Virus record (IMG/VR): IMGVR_UViG_3300029448_007456
Location: 50,779 to 114,778 of that record
Source of the DNA: a virus
Length of the DNA: 64,000 bases
Direction: 5' to 3' (one strand)
Shown here: positions 55,986-63,268 of the stretch, piece by piece
Layout: each line of letters opens with the position of its first letter
Numbering within the stretch: position 1 is the stretch's first letter
The notes under the pieces: generated by a model
Seen by the model: the letters and a program-made list of their open reading frames with translations, nothing else
Database searches by the model: none
What the model was told of the DNA's origin: nothing
Made by a program: the position numbers and the translations under genes

Positions 55986-56501
55986 ATGGCAACAAGAGCA
56001 AGAATAGGATTACAAAAAGAAGATGGCACAATCATTGCCTCATATCAACATTGGGATGGTTATCCTGGTGGACTTGGATACAATCTAGAAGATCACTGGA
56101 CCGATTCTCAGAAAGTCGGTGAAGCAATTGAATTGGGCAACTCATCCAAGTGGGGTCAGTTCATTGGCACCAAGATTGATTTTGATGATAGGGATTGCGA
56201 GACTTATGAATATCAGAATGTCTACTACATGAGAGACAGAGGTGAAAAAGATCAAGAGGCAAGAGTCTACAAAGACGAAGCAGACTACTTGGCAAATGGC
56301 TTCAACTCAGGCGAAGAATACATCTATCTCATGAAGGTGGACACAGGCAAGACTGACTACTTGGGCAAGGCCAGAGGCGAATGGTTCTATGCTGACTACA
56401 ACAATCAGACAATGAAGCCATTAGAAGCAGACGCCATCCATGAGCATATTGAAATGCTCAAGAGACATCTTGAAAGAATGAAGGAAAGGAAGGTGGCATA
56501 A
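55986..56501 (+). CDS. conserved early phage protein (HWDGYP family)
   Basis: Promoter TTGACA(55922)-N16-TATAAT; GGAGGTCG RBS; MATRARIG..YQHWDGYP..EYIYL. Confidence 0.8.
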   Translation: MATRARIGLQKEDGTIIASYQHWDGYPGGLGYNLEDHWTDSQKVGEAIELGNSSKWGQFIGTKIDFDDRDCETYEYQNVYYMRDRGEKDQEARVYKDEADYLANGFNSGEEYIYLMKVDTGKTDYLGKARGEWFYADYNNQTMKPLEADAIHEHIEMLKRHLERMKERKVA

Positions 56502-56983
56502 TGCAGTGGTATCACAAAGACAAAGATCCAAGAATGGATGAAAGGTCAGCAAGACTACACGCAAGAATGATCAAGAAACATCTTGTGGCACAAAACTATC
56601 ACGATGACGTCAATGTGGCCAGAGCCTCAACTTATGTGACTTGGGACTATGGCAAGAAAAAATGGTGTGAAGTGGATCATCTCATGTTTCATGTATTGAC
56701 TGTGGCTCAACCCACAGACACAAGACAGCAACTGGAGGATAGAGTATGTGGCGATGTGGCAAAGTATCTTAAAAATTTTAGTCTTTACAAAAGTGCCAAG
56801 ATCTATGTGACCACAATGGACATGGAACATCCTGAATGGGACTATGGCAAGGACAAAGGTCAACCAAAATATTATCAAACCACTCTTCATATTCAAGAAT
56901 GTAATGCCACAGACTTGGCCATTAGAGGACATGATCATGATTACTTTGATTTAGGTGGTGAAAACTTGTTAGAAGTGGCGTGA
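56501..56983 (+). CDS. early hypothetical protein
   Basis: TAATG coupling. Confidence 0.6.
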   Translation: MQWYHKDKDPRMDERSARLHARMIKKHLVAQNYHDDVNVARASTYVTWDYGKKKWCEVDHLMFHVLTVAQPTDTRQQLEDRVCGDVAKYLKNFSLYKSAKIYVTTMDMEHPEWDYGKDKGQPKYYQTTLHIQECNATDLAIRGHDHDYFDLGGENLLEVA

Positions 56984-57204
56984 ACAAATACATCAAATTC
57001 AAAACCAGATACATTGATATCCCAGGTGTTAATTTGAAAGGACATCCTTTTGTGGGTGTCACTTATCCTTTTGAATCTAAATCATCGCCAGGCAAGACAC
57101 ATCATGTCCATGTCACAGAACAAGGACTGACCTGCGAATGTATTGGATTTTCACGTCATGCCAACTGTTGGCACTCCAAGAAAGTGGCCAGCAAGATAAG
57201 ATGA
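56980..57204 (+). CDS. SWIM zinc-finger protein
   Basis: CECIGFSRHANCWH (CxC..CxH). Confidence 0.75.
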   Translation: MNKYIKFKTRYIDIPGVNLKGHPFVGVTYPFESKSSPGKTHHVHVTEQGLTCECIGFSRHANCWHSKKVASKIR

Positions 57205-57383
57205 AAACTTGTCCCAAATGTGAATCATACATTGATGATGAACAAGACAAATGTCTTAAATGTGAAGAAGACCACACTTTTTCTTTTGGTATCAAAGTAT
57301 CAAGGAGCAAAAAAGAAGAAGCCAAGAAGATTGAATGGGACGAAAAACCAAATGAACAGAATTGTGGAGTGAGAAAAAATTGA
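57201..57383 (+). CDS. small zinc-ribbon protein
   Basis: MKTCPKC..CLKC; ATGA coupling. Confidence 0.6.
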   Translation: MKTCPKCESYIDDEQDKCLKCEEDHTFSFGIKVSRSKKEEAKKIEWDEKPNEQNCGVRKN

Positions 57384-57530
57384 ATTTTGAAAAACTATTT
57401 GGATTGATCACGTTGGTATTGATATCAATAATCCTTTTGACTCATTTGATGTGATTGACAGATACAAGATATAGTGTATCCTATGCATAGGAGGAACAAT
57501 TTTATTAACCCGCAACCAAAGGAGTTTGCA

Positions 57531-57833
57531 ATGACCAAAACACTAAGAACAATGGATTTCGGCAGTGTATTGTTTGGTGCCTCGATTGTGATATTGGCTA
57601 TCACTGTTTTTCTAGGCTCTGCTTCAATCACCAAGAACTCTATACAAAAAAAAGAACGCATGAACAATCTCGAAGGAGACATTGATTATCTAATGATGGA
57701 GGTTGATTACTTGGAACAAAGAATCGACGAAATGATGTTGAGAATTAAGAGTAGGGACAATGAGGCAGGACGTGTGTTTGAAAGACTATTTGATGAAATG
57801 ATGACACATGGATCAAAAGCCACAGACAAGTAA
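57531..57833 (+). CDS. TM plus coiled-coil protein
   Basis: Promoter TTGACA(57455)-N16-TATCCT; AAGGAG RBS. Confidence 0.65.
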   Translation: MTKTLRTMDFGSVLFGASIVILAITVFLGSASITKNSIQKKERMNNLEGDIDYLMMEVDYLEQRIDEMMLRIKSRDNEAGRVFERLFDEMMTHGSKATDK

Positions 57834-58038
57834 TGACAACAGTCAAGCCAGTGGCAAGACCATCCGTAAAGGCATGATCATCACTGGCTTGGGCACAGAA
57901 ATAACCAAATGGATGTTTGACGATTTTGAACAGGTGGAAGACTTTTATATTAATAATATCGATAAATGGAGACTCCAAGATAAAGTGACTAAAGTGATAG
58001 GAACAAATATTTTGGTTTACAATAAAACAAATGGCTAA
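57808..58038 (+). CDS. early hypothetical protein
   Basis: Overlaps neighbours. Confidence 0.5.
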   Translation: MDQKPQTSNDNSQASGKTIRKGMIITGLGTEITKWMFDDFEQVEDFYINNIDKWRLQDKVTKVIGTNILVYNKTNG

Positions 58039-58993
58039 TCATGTTGGTTCACATCTATATTTTTTAAGAATTAATGCCAAGGCCAAAGAAAAGTTGGCCA
58101 TGATGCTGAGATGGAACGAAATGCAACAAGGCAGAGGGCAATTAGAAAACTTTCATGAACTAATGGAACACGCCCCAGAGCATCCAGACTATGAATGGTA
58201 TCATGACCACATAGGACCCAAATGGTGCTTCTTCGAAGAGTATGACCTTGATCGAATTCACTGCACGTCTGCATGGGGCTGGCCTGAAAAAGGATTCAAC
58301 TGGATTGTGTCTGAATTGAGAAAAGAGGATCCAAATCTGTTGGCACAATGCACCTATGAAGATGAAGCACCTTGTTTCTATGGCGTGGCAGGATGGGGAC
58401 CTCGAGGCTATGAGGATTACTATATGGATATTGAAGAAGGCAAGGATTGTTTTAAAAAATTAGGCGATAGATTCAACTTTATACAGCCATATCTACAAGA
58501 AAATGAAGACGAGGAAATGCCAGAAGAATATCATGAGAATTTGTGGGAAGCAATTGAGATTCATCAAGACATGATGTGGCAAGAGTGTAGAGGGGATGTT
58601 GAACCATATGAAGAAGATGAAATACAAGAAACAGATAGATTTCCTACTGCTGAAGAAAGATGGCCCAGAGCAGGCGAAATAATACCAGAAGATAGAAAAG
58701 TTAAAGTGCCTTTTAGATTCGACTCAAAAGGATATGATCAATCAGGGCAAGAATATATTGAATTAGTGGATGGTGGTTCCGATGGTTATGATGATGGCAA
58801 AGACTTTCATGGTGCATGGTGGGAAACAATTCCTGATTCAAAAGAATATGGCACGATACGAAATTCTGTTGATGCTCAACAAGGTGACTATGATAGAAAG
58901 TCCGACGCTTCTGGTATACAATGGTTGGATCATCATGCACAGGCTTACAACGACGAATTCAACCGTTCGAAAAAGAAAACCAAGGATGATTGA
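58031..58993 (+). CDS. acidic protein, distant DUF1281-like
   Basis: MANHV..WYHDHIGPKW..SAWGWP..YEDE parallels 50314..50958. Confidence 0.6.
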   Translation: MANHVGSHLYFLRINAKAKEKLAMMLRWNEMQQGRGQLENFHELMEHAPEHPDYEWYHDHIGPKWCFFEEYDLDRIHCTSAWGWPEKGFNWIVSELRKEDPNLLAQCTYEDEAPCFYGVAGWGPRGYEDYYMDIEEGKDCFKKLGDRFNFIQPYLQENEDEEMPEEYHENLWEAIEIHQDMMWQECRGDVEPYEEDEIQETDRFPTAEERWPRAGEIIPEDRKVKVPFRFDSKGYDQSGQEYIELVDGGSDGYDDGKDFHGAWWETIPDSKEYGTIRNSVDAQQGDYDRKSDASGIQWLDHHAQAYNDEFNRSKKKTKDD

Positions 58994-59023
58994 CACATTT
59001 GGAAACGGTGTTAAAATATTAAT

Positions 59024-59233
59024 ATGAACATCACAGGAATAGTCACAGGCTTTTGGATGGCCCTATCAGGTGGCAATGATGGCAACATCACTGCTGGACA
59101 AGTTCTGCAAACTGCTCAAACAGTTTATGCCATTCAACAGAAAACAGAAGCAGGCACTTGGGATGAATCGTGGCATGAAGAGTCACATCAAATGGTCAAA
59201 GACACATTGAGGAGGATACAATATGAACAGTAG
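59024..59233 (+). CDS. early hypothetical protein, leaderless
   Basis: TTGACA(58990)-N16-TAAAAT-6 nt-ATG. Confidence 0.6.
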   Translation: MNITGIVTGFWMALSGGNDGNITAGQVLQTAQTVYAIQQKTEAGTWDESWHEESHQMVKDTLRRIQYEQ

Positions 59234-59438
59234 AACCGTAGAGCGATGCAATAATATGTTGAGAGCATTGTATGATGAAAGAACAGAACTAGAAACAGAC
59301 ATTGAGTTGGCTGGAGGCAATTGGTTAGCCATTCTGGAAGACCAACTGCATGATCTCAATAATTCAATCAAAGAACTTGAAAGACAACTGCATGAAGCAG
59401 AAGCAGAAAATTTAGAACAGATGAGGCAGGTGATCTAA
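59223..59438 (+). CDS. small coiled-coil protein
   Basis: GAGGAGG RBS. Confidence 0.65.
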   Translation: MNSRTVERCNNMLRALYDERTELETDIELAGGNWLAILEDQLHDLNNSIKELERQLHEAEAENLEQMRQVI

Positions 59439-59572
59439 TGAAATTGATCATTGGTTTTGCCATAGGTTATTTTGTGGCCACCACACCCATTGGACAGGAG
59501 ATGCTTCCCACCGTGCAGGCATATTCTGTGCAACTGTTAGAATGGATTACCAACACAGTAAGGAGTATATGA
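59438..59572 (+). CDS. 44-aa membrane peptide (not in ORF track)
   Basis: TAATG coupling; MKLIIGFAIGYFVATTPIGQEM.. Confidence 0.6.
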   Translation: MKLIIGFAIGYFVATTPIGQEMLPTVQAYSVQLLEWITNTVRSI

Positions 59573-59754
59573 TGGCAGATGTAAAAATTAAAATGAGTGC
59601 CGACGATCTTTCGCAGGCCATAGGAGAATATCTCTACAACAGGAAGAAACTGCCTGTGGGCATGGAAGAAGCATCAGTTGGTTTCAAAGTGGAGGACGGA
59701 GAGTTCGTAATCACAGTATCAACAGATCAGATACCGTCGATGACTCTAAATTAA
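59569..59754 (+). CDS. early hypothetical protein
   Basis: TAAGGAG RBS, ATGA coupling. Confidence 0.65.
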   Translation: MMADVKIKMSADDLSQAIGEYLYNRKKLPVGMEEASVGFKVEDGEFVITVSTDQIPSMTLN

Positions 59755-59832
59755 CAGTTTCATTCGACCTCCAATCAATGAAACTCGTGGGCGGACTTTC
59801 GTCATGAATGCTAGTTCGCCTGCGTTTTATTT
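59755..59832 (+). ncRNA. candidate anti-SD sRNA, copy 2 (3' UTR hairpin plus intrinsic terminator)
   Basis: AGTTTCATT-CGACCTCCAATC-AATGAAACT (59756-59785), then 12-bp hairpin 59786-59824 with three G-U pairs and a U tract. Confidence 0.65.
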
Positions 59833-59867
59833 CAAAAAAACCCTTAATAATCAGCCGTTTGCATTGG

Positions 59868-59895
59868 TTGACAGATTACCATATGGTAATATTAT
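59868..59895 (+). promoter_or_regulatory. early promoter with second copy of the 16-bp palindrome
   Basis: TTGACA, G, ATTACCATATGGTAAT (59875-59890), TATTAT. Confidence 0.85.
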
Positions 59896-59901
59896 AATAG
59901 T

Positions 59902-59982
59902 ATGAACACAAGGAACAATGGTCTAATATTATTTTTGTTCATAATTTTCCTTTCTTATTTTTCTACTGTTTCTTGTGTTCAT
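59902..59982 (+). ncRNA. candidate small hairpin RNA with RBS-antisense loop (or 37-aa hydrophobic peptide 59902..60015)
   Basis: Predicted +1 at 59902; ATGAACACAAGGAACA pairs with TGTTTCTTGTGTTCAT (16 bp, one G-U). Confidence 0.5.
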
Positions 59983-60019
59983 CAGTTGACACATTCCAAA
60001 GGAGAAGTAAACTAAAAAC

Positions 60020-61075
60020 ATGACAACAAACACACAACAATTCATCCGTATTAAAAACGGCGATTACGGACGCCATGTTATTGCTGACGAAGTATTTCCA
60101 CTGGTTGGCTCATTATCAAGGAATCCAAAAGGACAACTATACGTCACAGTGGATGGTTCACAAACAGAAGTGCCTGGCATTGAGCCAAGAAACTGTCGCA
60201 TCAAGGTGAAGTCACCTGAATCCATTCAGATCATTTCCAAAGATGAATTTGAAAGCAACAAGACATCTACAATCCCTGCTCCACGTAAACAACAAAAGAC
60301 TGAAGCAGAAAGATTGGCAGACATCCAACAGAGATTTGATATCCTGGATGACATGGCTGGAGGATGCTCAGAAGGCACAGTGAGAGCATTGATACTATCA
60401 GGCCCTCCAGGTGTTGGCAAAAGTTATGGCGTGACCAATCAACTGCAAAAGGCCAACTTGTTCAACACACTACAAAACAAACAGAGATGGGAAGTGGTGA
60501 AAGGTGCTACATCTGCCATTGGACTCTACAAAAAATTGTATGAGTATTCTGCCAAAGGCTCTGTGATAGTGTTTGACGATTGTGACACAGTTTTATTCGA
60601 TGATCTATCTTTGAACATACTGAAAGCCGCATTGGACTCAGGCAAGAAGAGAATGATACAATGGAACACAGAATCCAGAGTGTTGGACAGAGAAGGCATA
60701 CCTGACAAGTTTGAATTTGAAGGTGCTGTGATATTCATCACCAATGTGAAGTTTGATTCTGTGAGATCCAAGAAACTGCAGGATCATCTATCTGCACTGA
60801 TGTCAAGATGTCACTACATTGATCTTACCATTGACTCTGCAGAAGACAAGATGTTGAGGATCAAGTCAGTGATTGATCAAGGTATGTTGAATGAATACAA
60901 CTTTGATGATGTCAAGTCAGTGGAACAACAGATCATGGACTACATGGCAGACAACATGAATAGGATCAATGAACTTAGTTTGAGAATGGCCATCAAGTTG
61001 GCAGAACTTATTAAGATGAGACCAGATTCATGGAAAGTAGTGGCAGACGTCACTTGTATGAAGAGAGGACACTAG
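60020..61075 (+). CDS. P-loop AAA+ ATPase, conserved in T4-like phages
   Basis: GPPGVGKS, VIVFDDCD, LNILKAALD, IFITN, ALMSRC; own TTGACA-N16-TAAACT promoter. Confidence 0.85.
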   Translation: MTTNTQQFIRIKNGDYGRHVIADEVFPLVGSLSRNPKGQLYVTVDGSQTEVPGIEPRNCRIKVKSPESIQIISKDEFESNKTSTIPAPRKQQKTEAERLADIQQRFDILDDMAGGCSEGTVRALILSGPPGVGKSYGVTNQLQKANLFNTLQNKQRWEVVKGATSAIGLYKKLYEYSAKGSVIVFDDCDTVLFDDLSLNILKAALDSGKKRMIQWNTESRVLDREGIPDKFEFEGAVIFITNVKFDSVRSKKLQDHLSALMSRCHYIDLTIDSAEDKMLRIKSVIDQGMLNEYNFDDVKSVEQQIMDYMADNMNRINELSLRMAIKLAELIKMRPDSWKVVADVTCMKRGH

Positions 61076-61076
61076 T

Positions 61077-61310
61077 ATGAACAAAAAAGAAATAGATCAG
61101 TTGATGGACTTGTTCAACAAGATCAAGTTAGACCTGTCCGATGATGGTTTTCCTACAAGAACTAACAGATTAGAGGCCGTGGAGAATATGGCAAAGGTTC
61201 TGAAGATACATGGATGGATGGCTGTCAAAGGCCCCCTAATATGGACTGAACCAAGCAAGAGTGAAAGAGAAGAAGGCAAAGATATTGAAAGAAGGGGGAT
61301 CTTTTCATAA
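61077..61310 (+). CDS. hypothetical protein
   Basis: GAGGA RBS; packed in operon. Confidence 0.6.
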   Translation: MNKKEIDQLMDLFNKIKLDLSDDGFPTRTNRLEAVENMAKVLKIHGWMAVKGPLIWTEPSKSEREEGKDIERRGIFS

Positions 61311-61540
61311 TGGACAAAAAATTACGAGCAATCATTTACAATCTCAAGCCAAGGGATCAATACTCCACTGACATCATTGAAGGGCGTCAGTGCCAGTATG
61401 TCTTTGGTGGCAAAGATCAAGAAGATAATTTCTACTGTGGTCACAAAACGGTGCAGACTGGTGTGCCCTACTGTGAAGAACACTATGCACTCTGCTACAG
61501 AGGCACTGCCGCCAAAAAGAAATTGAAACAATTGATATGA
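61310..61540 (+). CDS. GcrA C-terminal domain-like protein
   Basis: CQYVFG..FYCGHK..GVPYCEEHYALCY matches GcrA CxWPxG..FCG..PYCxxH..Y. Confidence 0.7.
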   Translation: MDKKLRAIIYNLKPRDQYSTDIIEGRQCQYVFGGKDQEDNFYCGHKTVQTGVPYCEEHYALCYRGTAAKKKLKQLI

Positions 61541-61659
61541 TGCAGTTTATTCAATCTGTGTGGGCCGTGGGATGGCCTGTGCAATTTGCGAGCATGATGA
61601 TGCTGGCAATAATTGTGGCCGGGGTGTTGGTGCATCTAGACGTTCATAAAAAAGATTGA
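61537..61659 (+). CDS. 40-aa membrane peptide (not in ORF track)
   Basis: ATGA coupling; hydrophobic core. Confidence 0.5.
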   Translation: MMQFIQSVWAVGWPVQFASMMMLAIIVAGVLVHLDVHKKD

Positions 61660-61699
61660 ATTAAAGAGACTCCTAGATGATAGGAGTGTTTGTTGTGTG

Positions 61700-61726
61700 A
61701 GGGGGCAGGCAACTGTCCCCTTTTTT
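61700..61726 (+). terminator. intrinsic terminator ending the early block
   Basis: GGGGGCAG-GCAA-CTGTCCCC followed by T6. Confidence 0.85.
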
Positions 61727-61865
61727 CTTGACTGCAAATGCCTACAAAATTGAATCATTTGATTGTGATGATGTGATGGTAATTGGACCATTTTTAGAGG
61801 CATCGCACGATGAGGTCATCATCAAAAATGAATCATTTTCTGGGTCCGAGTTCTAAATATACATA

Positions 61866-62717
61866 ATGACTCATATTGCAATAATTTCTGCCACACAAGA
61901 ACAGATAGACATTGAATTTGTCACCAAGGAATTGGCAGATGCATGGTGTTCACTGTATGCAGGTCAACCCTATTCACTGGCACAGGACCCTGTGTTTAAT
62001 CTGCCTGTGCTACCTGATCAACAGATGGTGGCAGATCGATTTGACATCATTCGCGATGCCTATGCACAGATGCAGGCATGGGGTTATCACTGTGATGCAG
62101 GTGAACTGGAGTTCACTCATGAATGCCTCAATCGACTGCACAGAGATTTCACCACAGCAGAACAACACACACCTGATGATCGTTCCTTTGAAGAATGGTT
62201 GGCTGTGGTGGATCACATCAATGAATCTGTGCATGATCTTGAACGATATGTTCACACACCACACCGCACATGGGCCAACCAACAGTTTCCACATCACACA
62301 GACCTGCTGATTTGGCCTGCACGTTGGGACAACACTCGCTCAGGGCAATGGCTGGATCTCACTGATCTTAGATCACAATGCTTGGGATGGCCCACAGATG
62401 ATCCACAGGCAGTGTATCTCAACACATCCATTCGAGGCAAATCAGTGATGCAGGCCTTTCTGGAGCATGATGACCCCAGAGAAGACGATGTTCAAGGCCA
62501 ATGGGGCACATTTGGTGCTCTGTGCATACCGCAAACCATGGCCAGACGTGAAGTGTATCAATCTGCTGAATTCACTGCATGGTGCCGTCAACACACAGTG
62601 ATGGCTGAAGATCTGCCCTTGGAGTTCTGTGTGGGTCGTGTGACTAGATCATCCAAACCACTCAATCAATTCACTGCCAAAGACTGTGGCTATGCCTGTG
62701 ATGTGGTTAAATATTAA
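61866..62717 (+). CDS. hypothetical late protein
   Basis: TAAATA 6 nt upstream; LNRLHRDF..INESVHDLE..GKS. Confidence 0.65.
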   Translation: MTHIAIISATQEQIDIEFVTKELADAWCSLYAGQPYSLAQDPVFNLPVLPDQQMVADRFDIIRDAYAQMQAWGYHCDAGELEFTHECLNRLHRDFTTAEQHTPDDRSFEEWLAVVDHINESVHDLERYVHTPHRTWANQQFPHHTDLLIWPARWDNTRSGQWLDLTDLRSQCLGWPTDDPQAVYLNTSIRGKSVMQAFLEHDDPREDDVQGQWGTFGALCIPQTMARREVYQSAEFTAWCRQHTVMAEDLPLEFCVGRVTRSSKPLNQFTAKDCGYACDVVKY

Positions 62718-62718
62718 C

Positions 62719-62829
62719 ATGTCAAACGGTATATGTATTACTTGTTCACACGCCTGTCACTGTTCCAACGGTGGGTCCTGCTCATCATGTGGTTGTGGTG
62801 CCTGCGCCTGTGACACTTCAGGTTGCTAG
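62719..62829 (+). CDS. metallothionein-like Cys-rich peptide (36 aa, not in ORF track)
   Basis: MSNGICITCSHACHCSNGGSCSSCGCGACACDTSGC: 10 Cys, 2 His; TAAATA (62708-62713) 5 nt upstream. Confidence 0.7.
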   Translation: MSNGICITCSHACHCSNGGSCSSCGCGACACDTSGC

Positions 62830-63044
62830 TCAATAGCAATTGGTATTGAAATCTCAGCACTCACTCCAGGGGTGATTTCTCCTGAATCAATGGTGTCTTG
62901 CACTGCCTCTTCAGACGGCCTAATCACAATCTCAGCATCCATTTCACCAGAATCATTGTAGTAGGACATCTTCACACATGATGTCAACATCCACCACATG
63001 ATGCAGGCATACATTATGAATATTGCAATTTGTCGCGTGGTCAT
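62826..63044 (-). CDS. small putative lipoprotein
   Basis: Hydrophobic N-terminus with LTSC lipobox. Confidence 0.5.
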   Translation of the reverse strand: MTTRQIAIFIMYACIMWWMLTSCVKMSYYNDSGEMDAEIVIRPSEEAVQDTIDSGEITPGVSAEISIPIAID

Positions 63045-63065
63045 CGTGTGTATGTAAGCCTTTGT

Positions 63066-63260
63066 CTATGAATTTGATGTGAACAGTTTAAAAGGGATTG
63101 GTTTGTGATTGGCATCTCGAATGATGGAAAATTCATCATCCTTGTAGCGAGCCGCAATGGTGCCGCCAGGCATCATCTTGATGGGCACAATTTCACGTTC
63201 TTGATGAAACTTCTTTTGAATGGCACCTCTGTTGGGATTGTTGTTTCTGGAGCCTGCCAT
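63066..63260 (-). CDS. small basic hypothetical protein
   Basis: Probable start MAGSRNN; IVPIK..AARY..IRDANHKPIPF. Confidence 0.55.
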   Translation of the reverse strand: MAGSRNNNPNRGAIQKKFHQEREIVPIKMMPGGTIAARYKDDEFSIIRDANHKPIPFKLFTSNS

Positions 63261-63268
63261 GCTGATAG

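Noticed and set aside
44591-59763. Minus-strand pentapeptide minigenes behind GGAGGTCGA-ATG in both 26-mer copies (MKFVA and MKLLI, both ending TAG)
   Set aside because: Not preferred: SD-ATG spacing is only 4 nt, the ATG is in a stem, no minus promoter was seen, and the adjacent terminators are plus-oriented. Equal length is curious, so strand-specific RNA data should settle it.
61669-61687. Third 3' UTR hairpin ACTCCTA-GATGA-TAGGAGT before a terminator
   Set aside because: The CTCCT is fully paired and there is no similarity to the 26-mer; insufficient support
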